DNA of 64,000 nt from Gemmatimonadales bacterium (GCA_044867445.1 JBIOUY010000082.1:15315-79314); one strand, 5' to 3'; counted from the first letter of the stretch, positions 8,976 through 19,412 are shown. Notes: generated from the sequence alone by a model not told the origin. Translations and numbers: made by a program.

Positions 8976-10049
8976 TCAGCGAGGTATGAAATCGGTCTCC
9001 GGACCGAGACCCCTGGCAAAGGCCGCGAGCAGCGCCGCGGTCCGGTCCAGGTCTTCGAGGGCCACCATCTCATTGGGGCTGTGCATGTACCGATTGGGAA
9101 CCGACACCAGGGCGGTGGCGATTCCCCGATGGGAGTTGAAGATGGCCTCTGCGTCGGTGCGGGTATCTCGAGCCGCCGCTTCGATAGTGTAGGGAATGCG
9201 CTCGGCCTCGGCGGTCTGAGCCAGCCGCTCGAACACCAGTTCGCTCACCGAGGCACCCCGCGAGATGACCGGACCGCCGCCCAGGCGATAATCGCCGTGC
9301 TTGCGCTTGTCGATGCCGGGGTAGTCCGTAGCGTGAGTTACGTCGATCACGATCGCCACGTCCGGCTCCAGTGCCACCGCCGAGGAACGGGCTCCGCCGC
9401 CGTTGGCTGCGATCTCCTCCCGCGACGTGGCGACCGCGGTGACCGCCGCCGAGGGTCGCCCGGCTTCGGCGGCGAGCAGCCGAAGCGCCTCCAGCACTAC
9501 ATAGGCCCCGATCCGGTTGTCGATGCACCGGCTGACCAGGCGGCCGTTGGGAAACTCCAGGACTCCGGCAGCCAGCACGCCTGGGTCCCCGATGCGGAGC
9601 TGGCCTTCGGCTTCCGCCTTGCTGGCCGCGCCGATGTCGATCCATAGGTCTTCGACCTTGGAGATCTTTTCCCGGTCGTCCTTGTCCATGATGTGAATGG
9701 CTTTCTTTCCCACGACGCCATTCACAGTTCCCGTGCGCCCCAGCAGTCGTACCCGCTGTCCCACGAATACCTGATGATCCCATCCCCCGATGGTATCGAA
9801 GCTGAGGTAGCCGTCGTCATCGATGTGGGTCACCATGACTCCAATTTCGTCGATGTGACCCGCCAGCATGAGGTGGGGCTTGCCGCCGGGATTCAGCGTG
9901 GCGTACGAGTTGCCGCTCACATCGCCCCGCACAGTATCGGCGAATCCTTCGGCGCGAGCGCGCCAGACTCGCGCAGGAGCCGCCTCGAACGAGGAAGGAC
10001 CGGGCGTATCGAGGAGAGACTTGAGGAACGCCAGCGATTCAGGTGTCAT
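8976..10049 (-). CDS. M42 family aminopeptidase (FrvX/YsdC-like)
   Basis: LMLAGHIDEIGVMVTHIDDDGYLSF..IGGWD, DNRIG and NRYMHSPNE motifs. The Met at 10049 is chosen because the maximal ORF would overlap the upstream GNAT gene. Confidence 0.8.
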   Translation of the reverse strand: MTPESLAFLKSLLDTPGPSSFEAAPARVWRARAEGFADTVRGDVSGNSYATLNPGGKPHLMLAGHIDEIGVMVTHIDDDGYLSFDTIGGWDHQVFVGQRVRLLGRTGTVNGVVGKKAIHIMDKDDREKISKVEDLWIDIGAASKAEAEGQLRIGDPGVLAAGVLEFPNGRLVSRCIDNRIGAYVVLEALRLLAAEAGRPSAAVTAVATSREEIAANGGGARSSAVALEPDVAIVIDVTHATDYPGIDKRKHGDYRLGGGPVISRGASVSELVFERLAQTAEAERIPYTIEAAARDTRTDAEAIFNSHRGIATALVSVPNRYMHSPNEMVALEDLDRTAALLAAFARGLGPETDFIPR

Positions 10050-10099
10050 GATGTGCCGGTACAGGGAACGCCAAAGGTTGCGTTGTCCACCCTCGTTGT

Positions 10100-10642
10100 C
10101 TACCCCCGGCGCGGCCACTGGGAGCCTGGTTCCGCAGCACTTTGCCCGGGGGGGAACGAGCTCAGGTCCAGCTCCAGAAATGCCGTACCCGGAATCGGGT
10201 TGGGATAGTAGGGTGCGATGGGGCGAAAGCCCAACTCGGTGTAGAGTCTGCGCGCGGCATACATGGAGGGAAGGGTATCGAGTCGCATCCGCCGATATCC
10301 TGCCGAGCGCGCTTCCTCGATGATGCGGCAGGCCAGCACGCGGGCAAGGCCGTGAGTCCTGAACGCCGGCCGCAGATACAGTCGTTTCATCTCACAGATG
10401 TCTAGCTCCAGCGGTCGCAGGGCCACGCAGCCGGCGGGCTCGCCGTCGAGAGTGGCCAGCAGCAGTCGGCCCTTCGGCGGCGCGTAGTTGCCGGGCAGAT
10501 GGGCAAGCTCTTCCGCGAACCCCTGGAACTCCAGATCGATGCCGAGCGACTCGGCGTATTCGCGGAAGAGCGCCTTCACGATTGCAACGGCATCCTCGTC
10601 CAGGGCCTGGACGACGAGCGGCGTCACCGTCGGCCGGTCCAT
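10100..10642 (-). CDS. GNAT family N-acetyltransferase
   Basis: 180-aa ORF with the acetyl-CoA binding region LYLRPAFRTHGLARVLACRIIEEA...LYTELGF. Confidence 0.75.
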   Translation of the reverse strand: MDRPTVTPLVVQALDEDAVAIVKALFREYAESLGIDLEFQGFAEELAHLPGNYAPPKGRLLLATLDGEPAGCVALRPLELDICEMKRLYLRPAFRTHGLARVLACRIIEEARSAGYRRMRLDTLPSMYAARRLYTELGFRPIAPYYPNPIPGTAFLELDLSSFPPGQSAAEPGSQWPRRG

Positions 10643-11511
10643 CGGGCCAAGCCCGGCATCTCCCGCCCCAGCAGAGCGGCCTGAAGACGTTCCGCGCCTT
10701 CCACTACTCGTGGCCCAGGGCGGGACGTGTACGCGTTCCCGTCCACAATCCAGACCGGGTGGTCCGCCAGCACCCGCAAGGCGGCGGGGTGCTGCAGTTC
10801 GTCGAGTTCCCTATGGGCACGTTCAACCCCAAACCCGCATAAGGCGATGACCACGACATCGGGGTGGAGGCGAAGGAGGTCCTCCCATTCCCGCCGGCTC
10901 GAATGGCTGCCCGGCTGCGCTCCCAGGTCCTCTGCCCCAGCAGCCGCCACCTGCTCCGGCACCCAGTGCCCTGCCAGGTAGAGCGGCTCCAGCCACTCGA
11001 CACACACGACTCGGCGCCGAGCCGGCGGCTGGGTGGCCTGGAGACTTGCCAACCGGCCCTCGAGCTGGTCGATGAGCTGCTCGGCCAGAGGCCGCCGGTC
11101 CAGCGCGATCCCGACGGAGCGAATGTCCTCCCACACGCCGGCCAGAGTCCTGGCATTCAAGGAGAGGACTCGCGGAGCTGGAGACAACACGCTGGAGAGG
11201 CGATGGACCTCACCATCGGACACTGCGCAGACCTCGCAGAGCCCCTGGGTCACGATGAGCTCCGGGGCGAGTCGCCGGAGCTCAGCGGTGTCGATAGCGA
11301 TCACCGGGCGGCCCGCCTCGCGTAGGGCGCGGACCTGGGCGTCGATCGCCGCTCCCGGTCGGGTGCTGTCGACCGGTGTCGCGGTCACCCGGGGCAGATG
11401 CCTGACGCTGTCGGGGAAGTCGCACTCGTGAGAGATCCCGACCAGCTGATCCTCGGCACCGAGCGCGGCCACAATCTCCGTCGCTGCCGGAAGCAGCGTC
11501 ACTACCCGCAT
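10624..11511 (-). CDS. BtuF/FecB-type (cluster A) periplasmic-binding-fold protein
   Basis: MRVVTLLPAATEIVAALGAEDQLVGISHECDFP is typical of cobalamin/iron-chelate binding proteins. No obvious signal peptide, and no partner permease or ATPase in the window. Confidence 0.6.
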   Translation of the reverse strand: MRVVTLLPAATEIVAALGAEDQLVGISHECDFPDSVRHLPRVTATPVDSTRPGAAIDAQVRALREAGRPVIAIDTAELRRLAPELIVTQGLCEVCAVSDGEVHRLSSVLSPAPRVLSLNARTLAGVWEDIRSVGIALDRRPLAEQLIDQLEGRLASLQATQPPARRRVVCVEWLEPLYLAGHWVPEQVAAAGAEDLGAQPGSHSSRREWEDLLRLHPDVVVIALCGFGVERAHRELDELQHPAALRVLADHPVWIVDGNAYTSRPGPRVVEGAERLQAALLGREMPGLARWTGRR

Positions 11512-11524
11512 GCTGGGCGCCTTC

Positions 11525-13720
11525 CTAACGGCTCGCCACTCGGTGGAGGATAGCGGCGAGCGCGGCGAACACCCCGAAGGCCACGAGGTCGTTGTTCGCG
11601 ACCCACCCTAGCGCGGTCTGGAGTCCCGCCTTGTAGGCCAAATAGTCGGCTGCCGGTATTTGGGCGGCGTCCGCCGGGCCCACCAAGGCTGCCGCGACGC
11701 CGGCGATGGTGATGCCGGCCAGCGCGCCTCCTGCGATGAGCCCGCTGGAGAAGAGCACCCCTGACCCTGACTCCACCTCGGCGATCGAGCGCTGCCCGCC
11801 CTTGAACCGGCGTTCCACCAGCCAGCGCACGACCCCGCCGGCGAACATCGCCGATGAGGTCGAGATCGGGAGGTACACTCCCACCGCGATCGGAAGCGAC
11901 TGCAGCCCCATCAGCTCGATCGAGATGGTCAGAAAGACCCCGAGCAGCACCAGCCCCCAGGGAAGCTTCTGGGTGAGAATGCCGTCGGTGACTAGAGCCA
12001 TGATCGTGGCCTTGGGAGAGTCGAGCTTGGTGATCGGCCTGCCGTTGAGCTCGCGGATGCGGCCGCCGATTCCCGGGTCCACCAGGTAGGCCACCTCATG
12101 CGTGGTCGGGTCGAGGAGATACTTGCCCGGCAGGATGCCCTGAGTGGGGAGATTTACTCTCACTACTTCGTACTCCCGCCCGTCCCGCATCACCTTTTCT
12201 CCCAGCGTCGTCACTGAGCGCTCAGCGGTGCCGGGCGCGGCTGCCTCGAGCGTGACACCGGGATGCCGTTCGGGGATGATGTTGGTATAGCTGTTGTTCA
12301 GCAGGGTGAGGGTCCAGCCGATTGCGAGTGCGGACGTGACCGCTCCCACCATGATGGCGATCTGCTGCCGCTTGGGGGTGGCGCCCACCAGGAACCCGGT
12401 CTTGAGATCCTGGCTGGTGGCGCCCGCGTTGCCTGCAGCCACGGCGATCACCCCGGCGATCGAGATCGCGCCGACCCGATGATCGACCCCGGTCCATCCG
12501 ATCAGCAGGAAGATGGACGTGGTCCCGATGAGCGCGGCGATGGTCATGCCGGAGATCGGGTTGGCGCTCACTCCGATTTCGCCGGTGATTCGGGATGAGA
12601 CCACGACGAAGAAGAATCCGAAGATCACGATCAGGACTGCTCCCAGCAGATTGACCGAGAGCTGAGGCAGGACCGTAAGGATCAGCGCCAGCGCAATCGC
12701 GCCGATGATGGTTACCCAGATCGGAAGGTCGACATCGGTTCGGAGCCGGGTGGCTGTCTCGCCCAGACTGCCCCGCAGGTCTTGAAAGCCGGATCGGAAG
12801 GCCGACAAGATGGTAGGAAGCGCCCGGATCAGCGCGATGATCCCGGCGGAGGCCACCGCACCGGCCCCGATATAGAAGACGAAATTGGCCCGGACCTCGC
12901 CCGGACTCATATCCGCAATGAGCTTGGTCTCGGCGAAGATCGGCGCCTTGAGCCCGGAGCCGAACAGCTTGATGGCGGGAATGAGCACCAGGTACGCGAG
13001 CGAGCCGCCAGCGAAAAGATAGCCTGCGATTCGGGGCCCGATGATGTAGCCGACGCCGAGCAGCTCGGGCGACACTTCAGTCGAGATGGACGCGCCGGTG
13101 TAGGCCTTCGAGACCCAACCAGGATACTCCTTCCACACTTTGAGGCCGGCCATCAGAAACTTGTAGGCGAAGGCCAGCCCGAAAGCCTGAAATAGCCGCC
13201 GCGCCTCGAGCCCCCCTTTCTCACCCGCCACCAGCACCTCGGCACAGGCGGTCCCCTCCGGATAGGTGAGGCGGCCGTGTTCCTTCACGATCAGCGCGCG
13301 ACGGAGCGGGATCATGAGTAGGACGCCCATCAGTCCGCCGACGACGGCCACCACTGCCACCTTTCCCACGCTCAGGTCGTAGCCCATGAGCAGAATCGCG
13401 GGAAGGGTGAACACGATGCCCGCGGCGATCGACTCCCCGGCCGATCCGGTTGTTTGCACCACGTTGTTCTCCAGGATCGTGGAGTGACCCAGCGTCCGGA
13501 AGAAGGCCACCGAGAGCACCGCGATTGGGATCGACGCGGAAACGGTGAGGCCGATCTTGAGTGCCAGATACACACTCGAGGCTGCGAACACGATTCCGAG
13601 TACGGCTCCGAGAACCAGCGCCCGCGTGGTGAGCTCGGCAGGTGCCTTGGTCGCCGAAACGAAGGGTTGGAACGCCGGCGCGGCTGCGCTCGACTTAACC
13701 GCCTGAAGAGTCGCCATCAT
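11525..13720 (-). CDS. OPT family oligopeptide transporter
   Basis: Polytopic membrane protein. LVLGAVLGIVFAASSVYLALKIGLTVSASIPIAV is followed by a central soluble insertion and many more TM segments. The Met at 13720 (MMATLQ) is preferred over the ORF maximum at 13837. Confidence 0.85.
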   Translation of the reverse strand: MMATLQAVKSSAAAPAFQPFVSATKAPAELTTRALVLGAVLGIVFAASSVYLALKIGLTVSASIPIAVLSVAFFRTLGHSTILENNVVQTTGSAGESIAAGIVFTLPAILLMGYDLSVGKVAVVAVVGGLMGVLLMIPLRRALIVKEHGRLTYPEGTACAEVLVAGEKGGLEARRLFQAFGLAFAYKFLMAGLKVWKEYPGWVSKAYTGASISTEVSPELLGVGYIIGPRIAGYLFAGGSLAYLVLIPAIKLFGSGLKAPIFAETKLIADMSPGEVRANFVFYIGAGAVASAGIIALIRALPTILSAFRSGFQDLRGSLGETATRLRTDVDLPIWVTIIGAIALALILTVLPQLSVNLLGAVLIVIFGFFFVVVSSRITGEIGVSANPISGMTIAALIGTTSIFLLIGWTGVDHRVGAISIAGVIAVAAGNAGATSQDLKTGFLVGATPKRQQIAIMVGAVTSALAIGWTLTLLNNSYTNIIPERHPGVTLEAAAPGTAERSVTTLGEKVMRDGREYEVVRVNLPTQGILPGKYLLDPTTHEVAYLVDPGIGGRIRELNGRPITKLDSPKATIMALVTDGILTQKLPWGLVLLGVFLTISIELMGLQSLPIAVGVYLPISTSSAMFAGGVVRWLVERRFKGGQRSIAEVESGSGVLFSSGLIAGGALAGITIAGVAAALVGPADAAQIPAADYLAYKAGLQTALGWVANNDLVAFGVFAALAAILHRVASR

Positions 13721-14010
13721 TGGTCCTGAAGAAGGGGAGTCGCGGCTGGATCGAACGGTGCAAGGTAGAGCCTTGCCGGAATCTCGTCTAGCGAGGTCGC
13801 CTCGGGGGAGCCCCGCGCTTGCGCCCTCTCCAGGCACGAGCCAAGTTGGGCCCCGACAACTCGGAGACTCGGGTCATGAGCACTCGGCTCGCCGGGTGCC
13901 CGGCGAGCCGTATCGCTTTCTCTCTCTGCCCGGCCGGTCAACCGTTGTGCCGGGCAGAACCAACAGCCGCCTCTCGTCGTTGTTGAGCAGCACACTCCGT
14001 CAGGGTAGAG

Positions 14011-14661
14011 ATGCCTCGTCGCCCGCTATCCCCCGAGCCGCATGCCGGACCGCCTCCTGAGAGCCGCCCGGCGGGCTCCGGCCTGGCACTGCATGGAGAG
14101 GCCTCGCTGCGGCGTCGCCTTCTGGCGCGGGACGAACAAGCCCTCGTCGAGCTCATCGAGCTCGCGAGCCCTTGGATGCTGGGTTTGGTCCAGTCAATCC
14201 TCAGCGATAACGATGAGGCCGAGGAGGTCGTACTGGAGGCGTTCTCCGCCGCCTGGAATGCGGTGGGAAGCCTGGGAAACGAGCACGAGACTCTGCTGCC
14301 CTGGCTCTTCCGTATCGCCCGGAATCGAGCCATCGATCGTCTCCGCCGGCGCAAGCGTTGGCGCCTGAAGCTGGCGCGGGCCGAGGCAATGGGCGCTTTG
14401 GAAGCAACCCGCGTCGCTCCGCCGGAGGTCAACGAGGCGGCCCAGCCCGGCTGGCACGTGCACCAGTCGGTTCATGCGGCGCTCGCGGGGCTTCCTCCCG
14501 AACAGGGGGAGACGGTTCGGCTGGCCTACTTCCATGGCCTGACCCATTCGGAGATTGCTCAGCGGCTGGGCATTCCCATGGGCACCGTCAAGACCCGTCT
14601 CAGGCTGGCGTTCGATAAGCTGAGAGTGGCACTCGCCCCGATCAAGGACTGGGTACTATGA
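14011..14661 (+). CDS. ECF-type RNA polymerase sigma-70 factor
   Basis: Region 2 is WLFRIARNRAIDRLRRR. Region 4 is FHGLTHSEIAQRLGIPMGTVKTRLRLA. Confidence 0.85.
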   Translation: MPRRPLSPEPHAGPPPESRPAGSGLALHGEASLRRRLLARDEQALVELIELASPWMLGLVQSILSDNDEAEEVVLEAFSAAWNAVGSLGNEHETLLPWLFRIARNRAIDRLRRRKRWRLKLARAEAMGALEATRVAPPEVNEAAQPGWHVHQSVHAALAGLPPEQGETVRLAYFHGLTHSEIAQRLGIPMGTVKTRLRLAFDKLRVALAPIKDWVL

Positions 14662-15383
14662 AGGCCCACGACTGGTATGTCGAGAACCGTTCGGCATTCG
14701 TCGCGCGCAGCCTGGAGCGTGCCGAGGAGCGAACCTTCATCGATCACCTGGTGCGCTGTGAGGAATGCACCCGCGAAGTGGCCCGCCTGGAGCGGGACCT
14801 GGCTTGGCTCCCGATGGGGGTGCCCCCGGTCGCTCCGGCACCCGGGCTATCAAGAAAAATGGCCGGCCGAATCCTGGACCGGCCGTCACCCTGGCGGTAC
14901 GCCATCCCCTACGGACTTGCCGCAGCTATGGGCCTGATTGCGGTTGGCGTCGGTGCACGCGGACGAGCTGAGCGCGCCAGACTGGGGGAACAGCTCGGGG
15001 TTCAGGAGCAGCGACTGGAGGCATTGCAGGATACGCTCTCGATCGTGCAGCGAGCCCAGCAAATCCTGCAGGCCAAGATCTCCATGAACGGGCACGAGGG
15101 CGGACTGGTCATCTTTCAGGAGCCCGTCTCCCATCGCTGGTATGTCGTAGTCCACGGCCTGCCCCCGGCCCCGTCAGGGAATGTCTATCAGTTCTGGTTC
15201 ATCACGACCTCGGGCATGGTGCGCTCGGTGGAGGTTCGGGGAGATCCCGAGCGCCCAGCGGTCATGACCTTGGGGATGCCTCCGGCAGCGGCCCCGGTGA
15301 TGGGAGCGGCCCTCACGGTGGAACCGGTGGTGAACCGATCCACCGAGCCGCGTGGCCCGATGCTGGCGCACGTGACGTTTTAG
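14658..15383 (+). CDS. Anti-sigma factor (zf-HC2 N-terminus, RskA-like C-terminus)
   Basis: Overlaps the sigma gene stop (ATGA). Contains HLVRCEECTREV, one TM segment, and C-terminal YQFWFIT...ALTVEP. Confidence 0.75.
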   Translation: MKAHDWYVENRSAFVARSLERAEERTFIDHLVRCEECTREVARLERDLAWLPMGVPPVAPAPGLSRKMAGRILDRPSPWRYAIPYGLAAAMGLIAVGVGARGRAERARLGEQLGVQEQRLEALQDTLSIVQRAQQILQAKISMNGHEGGLVIFQEPVSHRWYVVVHGLPPAPSGNVYQFWFITTSGMVRSVEVRGDPERPAVMTLGMPPAAAPVMGAALTVEPVVNRSTEPRGPMLAHVTF

Positions 15384-15415
15384 CAAATGTCTCATCAGCC
15401 CGAGGCCAAAAAGGA

Positions 15416-15440
15416 AACGGCCCAGCAATCGGCTGGGCCG
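15416..15440 (-). terminator. Hairpin between convergent genes, likely the dacB terminator
   Basis: ACGGCCCAGC-aatcg-GCTGGGCCGT is a 10-bp perfect stem. On the minus strand it is followed by TTTCCTTTTTGG. Confidence 0.5.
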
Positions 15441-15463
15441 TTCTGGCACTCGAGACGCCAGAA

Positions 15464-17077
15464 TTAACGCCTGGATACCGAGTCAGCCGGGGCGACCACC
15501 GGGTCGGTGGAGACCACCACTGAGTCCACCGGGTCCACCACGGAATCGGCCGCCAACGAGTCAGGCCACCAGGTCGGCTGGGCCTCGTCCTCGCCGCCCA
15601 GCTGCACCGGTGTGAGCGGTACGGTGTCGGCGGGGATGATCATTCCGTTGGCCCCGAGCTCGCGGAACAGCTTCCACTGGGCCTGTCGAGCTGCCCAGGG
15701 CCGGGGGCCATTGTACATCAGCGCCACCAGCAACACACCCTCAGGCCGGCCCAGGTACCCCACGACGGTCGACACCCGGCCAAGCGTGCCGGTCTTGGCC
15801 CGAACTACTCCCTCTCCGGGGAATCCGGAGTTGAGGCGTCGTAGAGTGCCGGTTCCGTTGGCGGGCAGGAGCTGTGGGAAGTTGTGGCCAGCGGCAGTGG
15901 CTGGGAACTTTGCCAGGTAGGTCACGAAGGCGGCCGGCGTCACCCGATCGTCATACGACAATCCGCTGCCATCCACTAGGTAAACCCCGGACCCGCCTCC
16001 GATCACCTGCCGAACATGGTCGGTGAGCCGGGCCGCGCCACCGTTCGGACCGGCCGCCCACTGCAGCAGAAGCTCTGCCCCAAGATTGAGGCTCCGCCGG
16101 TTGATCTCGCTGGCCAACGAGTCCAGTGGCGGCGAGGCAACTTCGGCTAGCACTCGCAGGCCACCTTGGGGCGGGGGGCCCATGAAGGGTGACGGGTTCC
16201 AGACTATACCGGCGCGGCTCAGTGACGTCGCCCAGACTGCGTTGAGGACCGCCTTGGGATCGGAGCTCACCGCGCTCAGCCTGCGGGCCGTAGCGCGAAC
16301 CCCGATCTTGCCGCTGACGATCCAACCTCCCCCCACCCGATTCCGCAAGATGAGCCGGGCCCGTCGTCCCGAGCCGGTCGTCGCGGTCACTGTGACCATC
16401 GGGCCAATTCCGTCCGGTGCAGCATCGACCAGTCGAGCCCGCTGCCCGACCCGTTTACCCGGCTGGATGGTGACCCAGATGACGTTTTCGTGGAGCGTGA
16501 TGGATCCGACGAGCGGGGCGAAGATGCGCCCATGATGTCGCGAGGACCAGACTGCGGGGTAGATGGCTTCGGCCGGCCCATCGGCGCTTTGGACCTGCAG
16601 GGGACCGGTCAGCCGTCTCACCCCCGAGGCGGCGAGCTGCAAAGAGAGATCGTACAGGGTTGGACCGGAGCCCTCGGCCCGTTCCAGCGAAGGGTCGCCA
16701 TTGAGTTCCAGCGCCCAGCTCCCGATCCACTCTCCCGTCGTCGGATCCAGCGAGCCTACCCCCACTACTCTGGTGGGCCGCCGTGCCGAGCTGCCGAGCA
16801 CGCTTCGGGCAAAGCCCGTGGTGAAGAGCTTGACTGTCGAGGCCGGCATCAGTGGCCGGTCGGGATTGGCGCTCCAGAGTAGCCGTCCGGTTGGATCGGC
16901 GATTGCGATACCCCACTCGCCGGGAGCCTTTCGCTCGGCGGTTCGATACCATGAGGCCATCCGCCCCTCGAGCCACTGAGGGTCGGTCTGGGCCCGCAGT
17001 GAGGCGGCCGAGAGGGTGAGATAGGCCGCGAGGCTCCAACACAGAGCGTTGCGGCTCCGACACGGCGAAGCTGACAC
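15464..17077 (-). CDS. dacB: D-alanyl-D-alanine carboxypeptidase/endopeptidase (PBP4, S13 family)
   Basis: Signal peptide, the SxxK motif (PASTVKLFT), DGSGLS, and KTGTL near the C-terminus. Confidence 0.8.
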   Translation of the reverse strand: MSASPCRSRNALCWSLAAYLTLSAASLRAQTDPQWLEGRMASWYRTAERKAPGEWGIAIADPTGRLLWSANPDRPLMPASTVKLFTTGFARSVLGSSARRPTRVVGVGSLDPTTGEWIGSWALELNGDPSLERAEGSGPTLYDLSLQLAASGVRRLTGPLQVQSADGPAEAIYPAVWSSRHHGRIFAPLVGSITLHENVIWVTIQPGKRVGQRARLVDAAPDGIGPMVTVTATTGSGRRARLILRNRVGGGWIVSGKIGVRATARRLSAVSSDPKAVLNAVWATSLSRAGIVWNPSPFMGPPPQGGLRVLAEVASPPLDSLASEINRRSLNLGAELLLQWAAGPNGGAARLTDHVRQVIGGGSGVYLVDGSGLSYDDRVTPAAFVTYLAKFPATAAGHNFPQLLPANGTGTLRRLNSGFPGEGVVRAKTGTLGRVSTVVGYLGRPEGVLLVALMYNGPRPWAARQAQWKLFRELGANGMIIPADTVPLTPVQLGGEDEAQPTWWPDSLAADSVVDPVDSVVVSTDPVVAPADSVSRR

Positions 17078-17280
17078 GAACGTTTGTCCCAGTGCGGTTC
17101 AGGCCTCTCGCGAGCTGCGGAAGCCGGGTGTGATTGTCCTTGGTCGGGCGGTGATAGTGAAGCTGAACGTAAGGCCCACCAGCGAGTTGGCAGTGGTGCG
17201 GACAACTTTGCCGGTCCCTGGTGGCGGTCGAGAAATAGAGCAATTCTCGGGCCTTATTCGGTTCGAGGGTTTGAGGCCGG

Positions 17281-18444
17281 TCACTTCAGCATCGCCTTAG
17301 CGATGGTCTGCAGCTGCATGTTGCTGGTCCCTTCGTAGATGGTTCCGATCTTGGCATCGCGATAATACTTCTCGGCCGGGTACTCCTTCGAGTAGCCGTA
17401 CCCGCCGAAGAGCTCGAGGCAGCTGGAGGTGGTCCGGTCAGCCACCTGCGAGCTGAAGAGCTTGGCCATCGCGGCCTGTTGCTGAAAGCTCTGTCCCGCG
17501 TCCTTCAATCTGGCCGCGTTATACACCATGAGACGCGCCGCCTCCAGGTCCGTCGCCATTTGGGCCAGCTGAAACTGAACCCCTTGGAATTCGGCGATGG
17601 ACTTGCCGAACTGACGTCGCTCCTTCACGTACGCGGTTGCCGCTTCCAGGGCTCCCCGCGCGACCCCGATCATCTGAGCCCCGATTCCAATACGGCCTTC
17701 GTTGAGCGTCTCGATCGCGATCTTGTAACCCTGCCCGACTGGGCCGAGCACGTTGCGATCGGGAACCACACACTGCTCGAGAATCAGCTCGGTCGTGCTC
17801 GAGGCCCGGATTCCCAACTTGTTCTCTTTCTTGCCCACGGAGAACCCAGGGAAGTCCCGCTCCACGACGAAACCGGTGATCCCCTTATATCCTTTCGAGG
17901 GGTCAACGTTGGCGAAGACGATGAAGATCCCGGCTTCCGCACCATTGGTGATCCAGAACTTCCGTCCGGTGAGCTCCCAGTTGCTTCCCTTGCGTTCGGC
18001 TCGGGTGGCGAGCGCAAAGGCGTCGCTCCCACTCTCCGGCTCTGAGAGCGCAAAAGCGCCCAGCAGGTCGGTGGTGAGACGGGGGAAATAACGGCTGTGC
18101 TGCTCCGGCGTGCCCCAGCGAAGCAGCGCGTTGTTCACCAGGGTGTTATGCACGTCCACGTAAATCGCGGCAGAAGCATCGACCCGGGCCAGCTCCTCGA
18201 TGGCCAGGACCGCCATGAAAATGCTCCCGCCTGCACCTCCGAATTGCTCCGGGATCTCGATTCCCATCAACCCCAGCTCGAAGAGTTTCGGGATGAGATC
18301 GCCCCGAAACTGGGCGGCCTCATCCATCGCTCGCACATGAGGCCGCACTTCCGTTTCCGCGAATTCTCGTACCGCGTCGCGGAACAGGGTCTCCTCCTCG
18401 GATAGGACCGTGAGCGGAGGCGTGGCGGTCGAAAGATCGGACAT
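17281..18444 (-). CDS. Acyl-CoA dehydrogenase (short/branched-chain type)
   Basis: Full-length ACAD pattern: FALSEPESGSDA, WITNG, and the C-terminal YEGTSNMQLQTIAK. Confidence 0.9.
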   Translation of the reverse strand: MSDLSTATPPLTVLSEEETLFRDAVREFAETEVRPHVRAMDEAAQFRGDLIPKLFELGLMGIEIPEQFGGAGGSIFMAVLAIEELARVDASAAIYVDVHNTLVNNALLRWGTPEQHSRYFPRLTTDLLGAFALSEPESGSDAFALATRAERKGSNWELTGRKFWITNGAEAGIFIVFANVDPSKGYKGITGFVVERDFPGFSVGKKENKLGIRASSTTELILEQCVVPDRNVLGPVGQGYKIAIETLNEGRIGIGAQMIGVARGALEAATAYVKERRQFGKSIAEFQGVQFQLAQMATDLEAARLMVYNAARLKDAGQSFQQQAAMAKLFSSQVADRTTSSCLELFGGYGYSKEYPAEKYYRDAKIGTIYEGTSNMQLQTIAKAMLK

Positions 18445-18545
18445 AGAGACAGCCTGAGTTGAGGGAACAGGGAATCCGCGGGGAAGATACGGACCAGCGG
18501 GGACACCTTCAACGGCGAGGAGGTTACCTTCCCTACCACCCGACC

Positions 18546-19412
18546 ATGTCCATTACCTCCCGTGCTCCGGCTGGCTCCGTGCTAGAACGTCTCCGGGCTG
18601 AGACTCCTCTCGCCGCGGTGGAGCTCCGGCCACCGCGCACCGGCCTTTCCTCGGCCCAAAGCATGGAGGTCTGGATCGATATGTATCACTCGATTCAGCG
18701 ACTGGCCCGCCGGGACACGGTCATCTTTCTGACCGACAACGCGGTCGGTCGATCGGAAGAGGAGAACCTGGCCCATCTGACCGCCAACCTGGCGGGCGAT
18801 GTCGATCCGGCTCGGATCGTGCCCTTCCTGACGTCCAAGCACAGCCTGGAGTACTGTCTCATGCACGCAGCGCGGACCGCGTCGCATGGCTTCGAGGCAC
18901 TCACCGTATTGGGTGGCGACCATACCGTCGGCCCACCGCGTTGTGTTCCTCACGCGCGCGAGCTCCGTCAGCTCATCCGCCGACGGGTTCCCCGCCTCAA
19001 CCTCGGCGGTTGGGCCAATCCGCATCGCGATCCGGTAGAGCAGGTGGACTTCCTGCTCGACGACCAGTTCGAGGCCGAGTTCTACCTGACCCAAGTGGTC
19101 TCCCACCACAGCGTGGCTGCGGTCGACCGGTTTCTCACCGAGGCCAGACGCCGGGGCGTCACCCAACCGGGCGTGTTTGGGGTGTTCCTCTATCGCAGCG
19201 CCAACCCCGCCACTCTCGCCCGGCTGGCCGACTTCTTCCCGGTACCCGCGGCCGAAATTACCCGGGAATTCCAGGCGGGACTGACGCCGGAGGAAATCTG
19301 CGCCAAGTCCGTCCGCATGTTGCGGGAGGTGGGCGCGGACAAGGTCTATCTCAGCAACCTGGGATTCCAGCGGGTGGAAGCGCAGTACCGGAAGATCGTT
19401 GAACTGCTGTGA
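18546..19412 (+). CDS. Methylenetetrahydrofolate reductase-like protein (stand-alone, short form)
   Basis: VELRPPR...FLTDNAVG...LTVLGGD...YLTQVV resembles the MTHFR TIM barrel. The ATG at 18546 (MSITS) is chosen over the upstream alternative start of the ORF. Confidence 0.6.
   Translation: MSITSRAPAGSVLERLRAETPLAAVELRPPRTGLSSAQSMEVWIDMYHSIQRLARRDTVIFLTDNAVGRSEEENLAHLTANLAGDVDPARIVPFLTSKHSLEYCLMHAARTASHGFEALTVLGGDHTVGPPRCVPHARELRQLIRRRVPRLNLGGWANPHRDPVEQVDFLLDDQFEAEFYLTQVVSHHSVAAVDRFLTEARRRGVTQPGVFGVFLYRSANPATLARLADFFPVPAAEITREFQAGLTPEEICAKSVRMLREVGADKVYLSNLGFQRVEAQYRKIVELL

Noticed and set aside
17078-17280. Possible small RNA or tRNA in the 200-nt gap between dacB and the acyl-CoA dehydrogenase gene
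   Set aside because: No cloverleaf-compatible stems, no conserved T-loop (GTTCRANYC) and no strong hairpin/terminator pair. It is most likely just the dacB promoter region.
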